Positions 26,935 through 36,726 of a stretch of 64,000 bases of DNA are shown piece after piece. Positions within the stretch are counted from its first letter, which is position 1. Each line of letters begins with the position of its first letter. A model generated the notes under the pieces. That model had not been told where the DNA came from. It ran no database searches and saw only the letters and a program-made list of their open reading frames with translations. The DNA comes from Opitutia bacterium. GTDB taxonomy: Bacteria > Verrucomicrobiota > Verrucomicrobiia > Opitutales > Opitutaceae. The translations under genes were made by a program, and so were the position numbers. The stretch spans positions 64,001-128,000 of the forward strand of contig CANJVR010000003.1 in assembly GCA_947478395.1 (NCBI GenBank), in the 5' to 3' direction.

Positions 26935-27834
26935 TTAGGTGTTGCGCATCTCGGGCAAGTCGAGGCCCAGGGTCTCGATAAATTTCTTCATCGCCGGGGT
27001 CAGCACCCGACCTTTGCGGTGCAGGATCGCGAGGGGGCGCGTAAAATCCTTCCCCTTCAAATGCAGCATCGCGAGCGACCCCTGCTTCACTTCCTGCGCC
27101 ACCGTGGCCTGCGGTACGATGGCGATACCATGGTCGATTTCCACCGCCCGTTTCACCGTCTCGATATTGTCGAACTCCATCACGGGCTCGATCTCGAGTT
27201 TATACTCCCGAAAAATCATGTCGACGGCCTTGCGCGTGGGAATGTCAGGATCGAACGCAATAAACTTCTGGGTCGCCAGTTCACGCACATCCACTTCACC
27301 GCTTTTCGCCAACGGATGGCCGGGCGGCGTGATCAGCACCAGACGGTCGTTGCGAAACGGCAGAACCTCGATCTGTCGCTGCTTCACCGGAAAAGCCACC
27401 AGGCCGAAGTCCACCGCGTTATGCAGAATATCCTCATATACCAGATTGGAGCGCCGGTATTCGACCCGGACGTTCACCGATGGAAAATCTTGAAGGAATT
27501 TCTTAATGAACGGCGGCAGCTCGTGCAGCCCGATCGAGTAAATCGTCGAAATCCGGATCGTGCCGCTGATCACCTTTTTCATCTCCTGCAGCTCGCACAT
27601 GAGTTTTTCATAGGTGTGCAACATCTCCTTCGCCGATTCATACACCTGGTAACCTTCGCGCGTGAGCTGGAACTGCTTCTGGCTCCGGTCGATCAGCAAA
27701 GCCTTGAAGTTCCGCTCCATCGCGCGCGCCTGCTGGCTGACCGCTGATTGCGTAATGCTGTTCAACTTTGCCGACTTGGAAAAGCTCTTGGTCTCAACGA
27801 GGTCGGCGAAGATTTTAAAATTCTCAATTTGCAT
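26935..27834 (-). CDS. LysR-family transcriptional regulator
   Basis: SFSKSAKLNSITQSAVSQQ HTH; EFDNIETVKRAVE. Confidence 0.93.
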   Translation of the reverse strand: MQIENFKIFADLVETKSFSKSAKLNSITQSAVSQQARAMERNFKALLIDRSQKQFQLTREGYQVYESAKEMLHTYEKLMCELQEMKKVISGTIRISTIYSIGLHELPPFIKKFLQDFPSVNVRVEYRRSNLVYEDILHNAVDFGLVAFPVKQRQIEVLPFRNDRLVLITPPGHPLAKSGEVDVRELATQKFIAFDPDIPTRKAVDMIFREYKLEIEPVMEFDNIETVKRAVEIDHGIAIVPQATVAQEVKQGSLAMLHLKGKDFTRPLAILHRKGRVLTPAMKKFIETLGLDLPEMRNT

Positions 27835-27893
27835 GATTAGCGCACGATTGCTCCTTGAACCTGCGTATTACCGCCCGCGCCGTAAATCTCTAA

Positions 27894-28643
27894 GTGAACT
27901 CGCCGCTCCCTTCTCCGCCATCCCGGTTCATCTCCTACGGTGAGTTCGTGCAACGCGCCGATGGGGTCCGCGCCAGCATCGCAGCTGCCTGCGCCCACGT
28001 CGGCCGGGCCGCGGGCGAAGTCGAACTGCTCGCGGTCACAAAAACCCATCCCGTCATGGCCGCCGACTACGCCGCCCGCTATGGCTTGCGCGCCGTCGGC
28101 GAAAACCGCGTGCAGGAAGCCGCCGAAAAACGGCCCCATTGCTCCGCTCCCGCCCTCGCGTGGGAACTCATCGGGCACCTCCAGTCCAACAAGGCCAAAC
28201 TCGCCGCGCAGTATTTCGACCGCGTGCAAAGCGTGGACAGTGAAAAGCTCCTTAACCATCTCGACCGCGCCGCCGCGGAGCTCGGCAAAATTCTGCCGGT
28301 ACTCCTGCAGATCAACGCGGGCCGCGATCCCGCCAAATTTGGTGCGGAACTGGAAGACGCGCCCCGGCTGGTCGAAATCGCCCTCGCCAAAAAAAATCTC
28401 CGCCTCGACGGTTTCATGACGATCGCCCCACTGAGCGCCACGCCCGCGGAAAACACCGCGCACGCCCAGCGGACATTCGCCGCGTTGCGCCAACTTCGCG
28501 ACGATCTCGCCCTGCGCTTCGCCCGACCGCTGCGCGAACTTTCGATGGGCATGAGCGGCGATCTCGCCGAAGCCATCGCGGCCGGTAGCACTCAGGTGCG
28601 CGTCGGCACCGCGCTTTTCGGGGCGCGTCCCGCACCCGTCTGA
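27894..28643 (+). CDS. yggS: YggS family pyridoxal phosphate homeostasis protein
   Basis: LLAVTKT, GENRVQE, IGHLQSNK, LSMGMSGD, VRVGTALFG. Confidence 0.93.
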   Translation: MNSPLPSPPSRFISYGEFVQRADGVRASIAAACAHVGRAAGEVELLAVTKTHPVMAADYAARYGLRAVGENRVQEAAEKRPHCSAPALAWELIGHLQSNKAKLAAQYFDRVQSVDSEKLLNHLDRAAAELGKILPVLLQINAGRDPAKFGAELEDAPRLVEIALAKKNLRLDGFMTIAPLSATPAENTAHAQRTFAALRQLRDDLALRFARPLRELSMGMSGDLAEAIAAGSTQVRVGTALFGARPAPV

Positions 28644-28729
28644 TCGGGCCGCGCGCGATCACGAATAATTGCACCCATTTTTCGCCTCCGATATTGCCAG
28701 CCCGCTGCAACTCTCCTCGCATCACGCGC

Positions 28730-29599
28730 GTGGAAAATGAAACCATGAGCCCCGACCGGAAGGGAACTCTGCTCCGGTTGCTCGACGACCCTAGCGTCCC
28801 CGTGCGGCGCGCGCTCCTCGCCCATTTCACCGAGCTCGGCGGTGAAGCCGGGCCTTTTTTGCAAGAGGTCGCCCGCGGCTCCAACCGGATCCTCGCCCGC
28901 CACGCCGCGTGGTTTCTCGACGAGCTGAAGTTCACCGATCCCATCTCTGAGTTTCGCGGATTCATTCGCTCGCTCAACTATGAGCTCGAAACCGGCGCGC
29001 TACTCCTGGCCCGAACGGTCAATCCCTCGCTCGACGTCGGAGCGTGCTGCCACGCCCTCGACGCCATCGCCGCCCGGTGCAACGAACTCATCGCCGAACC
29101 CGCCAGCCCCCGGGAAAAATGCCGGGTGCTCAACCGCGTGTTGTTTCACGAATGGGCTTTCCGCGGCAACGTCGAGCATTACACCGACCCGCGTAACAGT
29201 TTCCTCGACCAGGTGCTCATCCGCCGGCAGGGCATTCCGCTCTCCCTCAGCGTCGTTTATCTGCTCGTCGCCGGCCGCCTCGGCCTTCCGCTCGAACCCG
29301 TCGGTTTACCCGGCCATTTCATCGTGGGGTGCTACGCCGACGACGTGCCCTTTTTCGTCGATCCCTACGATCGCGGTCTTTTCCGCGATACGGACGAGGT
29401 TCTCACGATGCTCCGCGGCCATCAGATCGACCCAATGCCCAGCGATCTGATGCCCACGCCCGTCCGCGAAGTGCTCTGCCGGAACTGTCGCAATCTCGTC
29501 AATCACTACACCGCCGCCGGCGATGGCGAACACGCCAAGCTCTTCGCCAGCTTCGTCGAGGAATTCGAGAGCACCTACGAACGGCACGCTGAGCCGTAG
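28730..29599 (+). CDS. SirB1/transglutaminase-like domain protein
   Basis: LLRLLDD, FRGNVEHYTDPRNSFL, GIPLSLS, GLPGHF. Start GTG 28730 or ATG 28745. Confidence 0.82.
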   Translation: MENETMSPDRKGTLLRLLDDPSVPVRRALLAHFTELGGEAGPFLQEVARGSNRILARHAAWFLDELKFTDPISEFRGFIRSLNYELETGALLLARTVNPSLDVGACCHALDAIAARCNELIAEPASPREKCRVLNRVLFHEWAFRGNVEHYTDPRNSFLDQVLIRRQGIPLSLSVVYLLVAGRLGLPLEPVGLPGHFIVGCYADDVPFFVDPYDRGLFRDTDEVLTMLRGHQIDPMPSDLMPTPVREVLCRNCRNLVNHYTAAGDGEHAKLFASFVEEFESTYERHAEP

Positions 29600-29605
29600 G
29601 CATCA

Positions 29606-29682
29606 CGATTTTTGATTTTCGATTTTGCGCGCCACCCTGTCGGTCGACTCAATCGAAAATCTGAAATCGAAAATCGAAAATT
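29606..29682. repeat. Inverted arrays of 7-bp tandem repeats (AAATCGA-type)
   Basis: CGATTTTTGATTTTCGATTTT (29606-29626) facing AATCGAAAATCTGAAATCGAAAATCGAAAATT (29651-29682). Confidence 0.8.
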
Positions 29683-30584
29683 CCGAGGTTCTCACCCTCG
29701 ACGCTCTCGACACCTGGGCCCACGCGGGCCCTTCGCTGGCCGTGCTCGGCCATCCGATCAAGCACTCGATCAGCCCGGCGATGCACAACGCCGCCTTGGC
29801 GGAACTCAGCCGCAACGAGCGGGATTACTCCGCCTGGCGCTATTTTCGTTTCGACGTTCCTCCGGCCGATCTCCCCGCGGCACTGGACCGTTTCCATGCC
29901 GCCGGTTTTCACGGTCTCAACCTCACCGTGCCCCATAAGGTGATCGCGTTTTCGCACGTCACCCAGATCGATCCCGACGCCCTGCGCATCGGCGCGGTCA
30001 ATACGCTCCTCCGGAAATCCGACGGGTGGCGCGGCTATAATACCGACGGCTACGGCCTCGCCGCCGCCATCCGCGAAACGCTCGGCCACGAACTCGCCGG
30101 CTCGCATATCATACTGCTCGGCGCAGGCGGGGCCGCGCGCGGCGCCGCCGTTGAGTGCATCCAACGCGGGTGCGCCTCCCTCTCGATTGCCAATCGCACA
30201 CACGAAAATCTGGACGCTCTCCTCTCGAGCCTCGCGCCGCTCGCGGGCGGAATTCCTCTGCGCGGTTTCGATCCCGCCCGCCCGCCGGCCAACCTTCCGT
30301 CCGGCGCACTCGTGATCAACGCCACCAGCGCCGGGCTCCGCCTCACTGATCCTGCGCCGGTCGAACTCTCCGCGCTGCCGCGTCCGTCCGCTGTGTTCGA
30401 CATGATCTACAATCCCCCGCTTACGCCTTTGCTGCAGGCCGCGACCGTCCTGGGAATTCCGCGCGCCAACGGCCTCGCGATGCTCGTCCACCAAGGGGCG
30501 AAATCTCTCGAGATCTGGAGCGGCGCACCCGCCATTCAAACCGCGCCCGCCATGGCGTTCGCCGCCCACGCGGCCCTCGGCTGA
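29625..30584 (+). CDS. aroE: Shikimate dehydrogenase
   Basis: GHPIKHSISPAMHN, NLTVPHK, GAVNT, NTDGYG, GAGGAA, DMIYNP. Start uncertain (TTG inside the repeat). Confidence 0.93.
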   Translation: MRATLSVDSIENLKSKIENSEVLTLDALDTWAHAGPSLAVLGHPIKHSISPAMHNAALAELSRNERDYSAWRYFRFDVPPADLPAALDRFHAAGFHGLNLTVPHKVIAFSHVTQIDPDALRIGAVNTLLRKSDGWRGYNTDGYGLAAAIRETLGHELAGSHIILLGAGGAARGAAVECIQRGCASLSIANRTHENLDALLSSLAPLAGGIPLRGFDPARPPANLPSGALVINATSAGLRLTDPAPVELSALPRPSAVFDMIYNPPLTPLLQAATVLGIPRANGLAMLVHQGAKSLEIWSGAPAIQTAPAMAFAAHAALG

Positions 30585-30652
30585 TCGGAGCTGGCTTGCC
30601 AGCCGCAAATCTGGCCGCGAGCGTGCTCGCACTTTACCACGGGTTTCACCCC

Positions 30653-31567
30653 ATGTCGTCTTACTTTTCTGCCATCACCGCCAGTTTCCCGTGGTTCTTC
30701 CCCGTGTTCGTCACGGTCCTCGGCGCGTGCATCGGCAGTTTTCTCAACGTCGTAATCTACCGCGTCCCCGCGGAAAAATCGATTGTCACGCCCGGCTCGC
30801 AGTGCGCCTGCGGCCATTCCATCGCGTGGTACGATAATATCCCCGCCCTTTCTTGGCTTGTCCTGCGGGGACGCGCCCGGTGCTGCGGGCAAAAATTCTC
30901 CTTTCGCTATCCGTTCGTCGAGCTTCTGACCGCCGTGCTATTTCTCATCTGCTGGTTGCGCTTTCCCCCGGCGGTGGCGGTCTGCGGGTGGGTCTTTGTG
31001 AGCGCGCTGATTTGCGCCACGTTCATTGATCTTGATCACATGATCATCCCGAACGTTTTCACGCTCGGTTTAGGTGTCGCCGGCGTGGCCCTTTCGCTGG
31101 CCGTGCCGGCTTTGCACGGCCAGCACGATAGTTTTTTCGCCCTGGCGAGTCTGCGCGCCGCGACGATTTCGGTGCAGGGGCTGCTCGTGGGTTCGGGCCT
31201 CGTGCTGTGGTTCGCATTGCTCGCGGAGGCGGTGCTGAAAAAAGAGGCCATGGGCTTTGGCGATGTCACATTTGTGGGCGCGATCGGAGCATTTTGCGGC
31301 TGGCAGGGCGCGGTCGTCGCGCTTTTCGGCGGCTCCGTCGTGGGCATGATCTGGCTTTCGATCGCTTTCGTTTGGGGTAAAATCGCCGGCCGCACGGCCA
31401 CGGCCCAAGTCCTGAAAGCCGAAACGCCCGAGGGAGAACCCGCCGCCATCGGCTTCGGGGTCCACGTGCCGTTCGGACCGATGCTCGCGATCGCGGCCGC
31501 GATTCACTTTCTTTTTCTCCGCGATGCGGTGGCGCGGTACTTCGAGCAGTTTTCGCAAATGTTCTAG
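30653..31567 (+). CDS. pilD: Type IV prepilin peptidase (A24)
   Basis: GSFLNVVIYRVP, Cys cluster, IDLDHMIIP, MGFGD, PFGPML. Confidence 0.88.
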   Translation: MSSYFSAITASFPWFFPVFVTVLGACIGSFLNVVIYRVPAEKSIVTPGSQCACGHSIAWYDNIPALSWLVLRGRARCCGQKFSFRYPFVELLTAVLFLICWLRFPPAVAVCGWVFVSALICATFIDLDHMIIPNVFTLGLGVAGVALSLAVPALHGQHDSFFALASLRAATISVQGLLVGSGLVLWFALLAEAVLKKEAMGFGDVTFVGAIGAFCGWQGAVVALFGGSVVGMIWLSIAFVWGKIAGRTATAQVLKAETPEGEPAAIGFGVHVPFGPMLAIAAAIHFLFLRDAVARYFEQFSQMF

Positions 31568-31585
31568 GTCAAGGTCGCGACCGGC

Positions 31586-32590
31586 TCACAGCAGTTCTGC
31601 GATCGCGCGGCGCAAGACCGGCCGCACCGCCCGCGCGAGCGTTTCGTTTGCGTAGCCCATCCACGCAATCGGCGCCGTCGTGTTTAGCGGCGCCCGCAGC
31701 ACTTTCCCATCAGGCGCTTCGACCAGGCATCCCGCCTCCTGCGCGATCAGTGCGGTGCAAATATCGTAAGGGTGACAGCAGAGCGTCGCACTCGAGTAGC
31801 CGAGTTTCGCATACGCCAGTGGCCGCAGATCGCCCAACATACGGTCGTGCCCGACCATCAGTTCGTGCAATTGCCCGCCGGTACAAATGTATTGGTCGTC
31901 GAACACGAGCTGGCCTCCGTTCTTGCCCAGAATCCCCAGCCCGCGCCACACCGCTTCCTCGACGGCGCCGAGCAGCGCCTTTCCTTCCGGAAAAAATCGC
32001 GCGATCGAGGCAAAGCCCTGCTCAAAATTCTTCGCCCGGGAAGGCCTAACCGGCAGCCGCTTCCGACCGCCGCGGACCAGATCATGCCTTTCCGCGACCA
32101 CGCCACACCCGCGCACAGAACTCAATTGATCCGAGCCCCACTGTTTCGCGGTGGGCAATTCGGTCATCGCCGCGACGACGATATCGCCGAGCTCGTTTTT
32201 GGCCCCCCGCTGTGGTGCCAGCGCGGCCAAACTCCACGCCGAACGTTTGTCGTACATGAAATTTCGCGTCCCATCGATCGGATCGAGGATACATTTCCAC
32301 GTCGTTTTCCTCACCGGCGTGCCGCGCGGGAAGGTCGCCACGGCGTCGTCCGCCAATCCTTCCATCACCAGTTCAACCGGCCACGCCCGCGGCCAGTGCG
32401 CCTCAAACCAATGCAGGATCGCTTCCTCGCTCAGCCGGTCGACGTGGTAAATCGTGTCGGCCGCGGTGACGGCGGCGATGCGGGAAAAGTTTTTCGCGCC
32501 GCGTTCTCGCGCCGTGAGCAACGTATCACGGATGTGGACCTGCAGCGCACATAACAACCGACGGGCTCGCTGGCGTTGCGCAGAGGTCAT
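31586..32590 (-). CDS. Inositol monophosphatase/FBPase superfamily protein
   Basis: ILDPIDGTRNF, HPYDIC, EAGC. Confidence 0.85.
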   Translation of the reverse strand: MTSAQRQRARRLLCALQVHIRDTLLTARERGAKNFSRIAAVTAADTIYHVDRLSEEAILHWFEAHWPRAWPVELVMEGLADDAVATFPRGTPVRKTTWKCILDPIDGTRNFMYDKRSAWSLAALAPQRGAKNELGDIVVAAMTELPTAKQWGSDQLSSVRGCGVVAERHDLVRGGRKRLPVRPSRAKNFEQGFASIARFFPEGKALLGAVEEAVWRGLGILGKNGGQLVFDDQYICTGGQLHELMVGHDRMLGDLRPLAYAKLGYSSATLCCHPYDICTALIAQEAGCLVEAPDGKVLRAPLNTTAPIAWMGYANETLARAVRPVLRRAIAELL

Positions 32591-32608
32591 GATGCAAGCG
32601 CGCTCCGC

Positions 32609-33748
32609 TCAGAGCAGACGTGCTCCGTCGCCGGTCAGGGCATGAAGAATATCAGGCCGTGTCCCAAATTTTTTTCCATAGGCCTCAGCGATAATTTGAG
32701 CCTGCGCGTCGCCAAAATCCGCTCCGGTCATCGCCATCACCGCACCCCCGAAGCCACCGCCCGTCAGCCGAGCGCCAAAAACTCCCGGCATCGTCACCAG
32801 CGCGTCCACCAGAAAATCGAGCTCATCCGTGCTGTTCTCGAACCCATGTTGCGAACTGCGATGCGAAGCGGTGAGCAAACGGCCGACGGCCGCCAGATCG
32901 TCCTGCGCGAGCGCATTCTGGGCGGCCTCCACCCGCGCCATTTCTTCGAGCACATGTTTCGCCCGCCGGTAAACCGCCGGTTTGAGCTTCGGTTTCGCCG
33001 CTTCGAGCGCAGCCAAGTTTGTGTCGACCAGCAGCTCCACTCCGAGCGCCTTGGCCGCGGCCATACACTCGCCGTGTCGCTCCGCGTAAAGTCCGTCGAC
33101 CAGCGCGTGCTTCGTGTGCGTGTTGAAAATCCAAAAGTGTGCGCCCGTCGACAAGGGGACGGTGGCAAACTGCGGACCGCGACAGTCGATAAAAACGAGC
33201 CGATTTTTTTCGCCGAAACCGGAAACACCCTGGTCGAGAATTCCACACGGCACGCCGACGAAATTATTTTCCGCATGCTTGCCGATCTTAACCAAAGTCT
33301 CGCGCAGCGGGCGTTCGCCAGCGGCTTCCGCGAAGACGAGCGCCGAAGCCAATTCGATCGCGGCACTGCTGCTGAGTCCTGCACCTGCCGGCAAATTGGA
33401 AGTCGCCAGGTAGTCGAAGCCCGACGGAGCGCGCAGCCCAAAAACCGGGAGAGCGTGCAATACGCCGAGCGGATAGTTCACCCAATTTTCCGAACCCTCA
33501 CGTTTTGCCTGATCACCGGGAGCCAGCGTCACGATTCCGTCGCGCTGATCGCTCGTGAACCGCCGCTGACCATCGGCCCGACCCGCCAGCGCGACCCACA
33601 CGCCGCGATCAATTGCCGCGCCCAGTACGGGGCCACCGTTGTAGTCCGTGTGGTTGCCAATGAATTCAATTCGCCCCGGAGCGCCGGCCAAGATTTCCGG
33701 CGCTCGGCCGTAGGCGGCCAAGAACATTTTGGTGAGCTGCGCTTTCAT
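32609..33748 (-). CDS. galK: Galactokinase
   Basis: APGRIEFIGNHTDYN, PAGAGLSSSAA, CGILDQ, GARLTGGGFGG. Start ATG 33748. Confidence 0.9.
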   Translation of the reverse strand: MKAQLTKMFLAAYGRAPEILAGAPGRIEFIGNHTDYNGGPVLGAAIDRGVWVALAGRADGQRRFTSDQRDGIVTLAPGDQAKREGSENWVNYPLGVLHALPVFGLRAPSGFDYLATSNLPAGAGLSSSAAIELASALVFAEAAGERPLRETLVKIGKHAENNFVGVPCGILDQGVSGFGEKNRLVFIDCRGPQFATVPLSTGAHFWIFNTHTKHALVDGLYAERHGECMAAAKALGVELLVDTNLAALEAAKPKLKPAVYRRAKHVLEEMARVEAAQNALAQDDLAAVGRLLTASHRSSQHGFENSTDELDFLVDALVTMPGVFGARLTGGGFGGAVMAMTGADFGDAQAQIIAEAYGKKFGTRPDILHALTGDGARLL

Positions 33749-33806
33749 GCGGAATTCGCGACGACCTCCGCCCGCCGCCAAGGCAGGCGCAACGCCCTCC
33801 CCGCCG

Positions 33807-34082
33807 TCAGATCAGCGCGCGCAACTCGGCGCTCGCCTTGAACCGCACCGTTTTAACTGCCCGGATTTTCATCGCCTTCCGCGTGTGCGGATTAAATCCC
33901 GCCCGGGCTGGACGCGTGGCTGCGACGAACGCCCCAAAACCCACCAGCGATACCGCTTTGTCGCGGCGCAAGCCGCATTTAACAGCGGCGAGAACTGCCT
34001 CCACCGCGCGGTTAGCCGCGGCTTTTGTCGCACCGCCGCCGAGCTGTTTTTGCACTTCCGTTATGAGTTTAGCTTTGTTCAT
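33807..34082 (-). CDS. HU family DNA-binding protein
   Basis: MNKAKLI, VSLVGFGAF, RAGFNPHT, VRFKAS. Confidence 0.9.
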   Translation of the reverse strand: MNKAKLITEVQKQLGGGATKAAANRAVEAVLAAVKCGLRRDKAVSLVGFGAFVAATRPARAGFNPHTRKAMKIRAVKTVRFKASAELRALI

Positions 34083-34165
34083 CGGTCGCGGCGTCCAAAA
34101 GGAATGTGGCCCCGCAAATTCGGTCAAACTCAATTCCACCGATCCGGTGGACCCGGCGATATCGA

Positions 34166-34402
34166 TCAAATTTTTTTATCCGCCTGCGGTGGCTGCGTTG
34201 CAGGGAAATCGGCCGGCACCTCACCCGCCCGGCCCTGCACCAACAAGCGCAACAGGTGCGACATCATTTCCTCGCGCGGACGCGCCCGTTCGACCGACAG
34301 CTGCTCCGCGCGCTTGAGCAGTTGCGCCGCCATCGCCGCCGCCTGCACGGGTGGCGCGCCGAGACGCTCGCAGAGCTGGGTAAGCTGATCGTACTCCTTC
34401 AT
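34166..34402 (-). CDS. Small hypothetical protein
   Basis: Start overlaps the ygfZ stop (ATGA); LGA..QA..MA.QLLKRA.QL. Confidence 0.7.
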   Translation of the reverse strand: MKEYDQLTQLCERLGAPPVQAAAMAAQLLKRAEQLSVERARPREEMMSHLLRLLVQGRAGEVPADFPATQPPQADKKI

Positions 34403-35295
34403 GGGGTTTCGGCGACAATTTCCAATGACAGCGCAGGCTGGTTTTCAATGACGAGCGGTTGATCTTTTTGAACGTTGAGCAACGAGATCATCGCCAGTCC
34501 CAAAAATTCAGACCCGTTACGCACGACTGAACGCAGTTCGCCGACGGGTTTACTTCCCTGCGTCAATTTCGCCGGCACCGGCGGAGGCACGCCCTTTCCG
34601 CAAACGCGCACGAGTCGCCGCCGCACCTGCCCCATCGCTTTTAACCGGGCCATGACCTCTTGACCGAGATAGCATCCTTTTAAGTAGGAAATCGCTTCGA
34701 CCTCCAATCCGCCTTCAGCCGGCAGATCGCCGGGCCCCAAGTCCGCCGGCACCGCTGGAATGCCAGATCGAATACGCAGCCGCTCCAACTCCGGGCCTTC
34801 CATCGTGCGAACGTTACTTAACAATGCCACCACCGCCGGCGCATCGTCCTTACGAAAAACCCAATCCCAATTCTCATCTCGCGTCCTCCGTCCCGGAAAA
34901 ATCAGGCCCGGCCGGCGCTTACTCGCGATCCAATCGCCTGCTCCCGCGCCGAACAACGTGACGCCCTCCCACTCCGCGGTTTGATCTTCGACCGTGACAT
35001 CGTCCGCGATGATGTAGGCCTCCAACCGCTGCCTCAGCTCATCACCCGAACTGAAATAGCTCACGACCCAGAACTCGCTCGGACCGGGCCCGGCCAAGAC
35101 AAAGCCGTCGGCCAGCACTTTACCCTTCTGGTTGAGCCATAGGCCATAAACGCTCAAGCCCGGGGCCAGTCCCCGGATATCGTTGGTAAACTGGCCTTGG
35201 AGGAAAATGGCCGCATCCGCCCCGACAACCCGCAAGATTCCCCCGATTTTCCAATGGACGACCGCTCCATGCTCAGGAAATTCCGTGTTTTTCAT
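34399..35295 (-). CDS. ygfZ: YgfZ/GcvT family folate-binding protein
   Basis: GADAAIFLQGQFTND, KGKVLAD, signature KGCYLGQE. Confidence 0.88.
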   Translation of the reverse strand: MKNTEFPEHGAVVHWKIGGILRVVGADAAIFLQGQFTNDIRGLAPGLSVYGLWLNQKGKVLADGFVLAGPGPSEFWVVSYFSSGDELRQRLEAYIIADDVTVEDQTAEWEGVTLFGAGAGDWIASKRRPGLIFPGRRTRDENWDWVFRKDDAPAVVALLSNVRTMEGPELERLRIRSGIPAVPADLGPGDLPAEGGLEVEAISYLKGCYLGQEVMARLKAMGQVRRRLVRVCGKGVPPPVPAKLTQGSKPVGELRSVVRNGSEFLGLAMISLLNVQKDQPLVIENQPALSLEIVAETP

Positions 35296-35350
35296 TAGGT
35301 TTATGTTTAAGCAGTTAAAACGAGCGGTGAAAGAATTTGATAACTTTGCA

Positions 35351-35378
35351 TTGACGGTGAACACAAACGAGCTACTTT
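35351..35378 (+). promoter_or_regulatory. Sigma-70-type promoter candidate
   Basis: TTGACG-16nt-TACTTT in an AT-rich divergent intergenic region. Confidence 0.55.
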
Positions 35379-35384
35379 CAACTT

Positions 35385-35479
35385 ATTCAATTTCTCACTT
35401 CTCCCGCCTAGCGGGAGTTTTGGGGTAACTAAGAAAGCAAAGGCCGGCCACATAGGGGTATGTGGCCGGCCACTTTTTT
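35385..35479 (+). ncRNA. Candidate small RNA or terminated leader upstream of DAHP synthase
   Basis: Promoter, pyrimidine-rich 5' tract, hairpin CTCCCGC-CTA-GCGGGAG, then a 13-bp terminator. Confidence 0.4.
35442..35479 (+). terminator. Intrinsic terminator
   Basis: GGCCGGCCACATA-GGGG-TATGTGGCCGGCC followed by ACTTTTTT. Confidence 0.8.
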
Positions 35480-35551
35480 GCCCAAATTACTTGAAGCAGG
35501 GATGAAGGCGGACTTGCCCCGGACACTTTTGCCGGGCCACTGTGACCCCTC

Positions 35552-36607
35552 ATGCAACGCACTTCCGACATCAACGTCGTTGAGACCCGCGCCCTTCCTT
35601 CGCCCGCCGCTCTCTTGACCGAGTTGCCCAAGTCCGACGCGCAGGCGGCATTCGTCGCCCGCGCACGAGAGGATATTCACCGGATAATTTTCACTAACGA
35701 CAAGCGCTTCCTCTTGGTCATGGGGCCGTGCTCGATTCACGACCTCGATGCTGGCCGCGACTACGCGCGGCGTTTGTCCAAGCTGGCCCGGGAAGTCTCG
35801 GACCGAGTGCTAATCGTCATGCGAGTTTATTTTGAAAAACCGCGCACGACGGTCGGATGGAAAGGCCTCATCATGGACCCGCATCTCGACGGTTCGCACG
35901 ACATCGCCGCGGGCCTGCGCCTCGCGCGGACATTCCTGCGCGACGTCCTCGACCTCGGGTTGCCCACCGCAACCGAACTGCTGGATCCAATCACTCCGCA
36001 ATACATCGCGGACCTCATCTGCTGGTCCGCGATCGGCGCCCGGACCGCTGAGTCGCAAACCCACCGCCAGATGGCCTCGGGTTTGTCGATGCCCCTAGGT
36101 TTCAAGAACGGCACCGATGGGTCGATCACCACTGCCACCAACGCGATCCGCGCCGCTGCTCAACCGCATACTTTTCTCGGCATCAATCTCGACGGCGCCG
36201 CTTCCGCCATTGTCACCCGGGGCAATCCTAACTGCCACGTCGTTCTCCGAGGCGGCAATGCCGGCCCCAACTACTCGCCCGCCCACATCGCGGAAACCGA
36301 GGCGCTTCTCGTCAAAGCCGGACTGCTCAAGGCGATCCTGGTCGATTGCTCGCACGATAACTCCGCCAAGCAGCCCGAGCGTCAGCCCGACGTGATGCGC
36401 GAACTCCTCGGCCAAATCACCACCGGCAACACGTCCATCATCGGGGCCATGATCGAGAGCAATCTCGGCGCTGGCAGCCAACCCTTCCCGCAACCAAAGG
36501 AAAAACTACGTTACGGCGTGAGCATCACCGATGCGTGCATCGATTGGCCCACGACCGAAGCTCTCGTTCGCGAAATCCACTCCGCGCTGGCTCCGCGTTT
36601 CAGATAG
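35552..36607 (+). CDS. 3-deoxy-7-phosphoheptulonate (DAHP) synthase, class I-alpha (AroF/G/H type)
   Basis: GPCSIHD, RVYFEKPRTTVGWKG, IGARTAESQTHR, DCSHDNS, YGVSITDAC. Confidence 0.95.
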   Translation: MQRTSDINVVETRALPSPAALLTELPKSDAQAAFVARAREDIHRIIFTNDKRFLLVMGPCSIHDLDAGRDYARRLSKLAREVSDRVLIVMRVYFEKPRTTVGWKGLIMDPHLDGSHDIAAGLRLARTFLRDVLDLGLPTATELLDPITPQYIADLICWSAIGARTAESQTHRQMASGLSMPLGFKNGTDGSITTATNAIRAAAQPHTFLGINLDGAASAIVTRGNPNCHVVLRGGNAGPNYSPAHIAETEALLVKAGLLKAILVDCSHDNSAKQPERQPDVMRELLGQITTGNTSIIGAMIESNLGAGSQPFPQPKEKLRYGVSITDACIDWPTTEALVREIHSALAPRFR

Positions 36608-36726
36608 GGCGCGATCGCTCCGGCGAAAAGCTGCGCTTCACCGGCTACAACCCGGACTGATTTCCGCCGTCCGCAAAAATTTCGCGTGGATTCCCTGCCG
36701 TCCTCTCTTCACCGTTTTCCCCTCCC

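Noticed and set aside
35357..35428. Possible leader peptide VNTNELLSTYSISHFSRLAGVLG for DAHP synthase attenuation
   Set aside because: No run of aromatic codons, and its start lies inside the predicted promoter
36605..36650. GATAGGGCGCGATCGC...GGCTAC after DAHP synthase, and a similar AGGTAGCGC...GCCCTACC at about 63530-63560
   Set aside because: Possibly decayed GTAG REPs, but too degenerate to support
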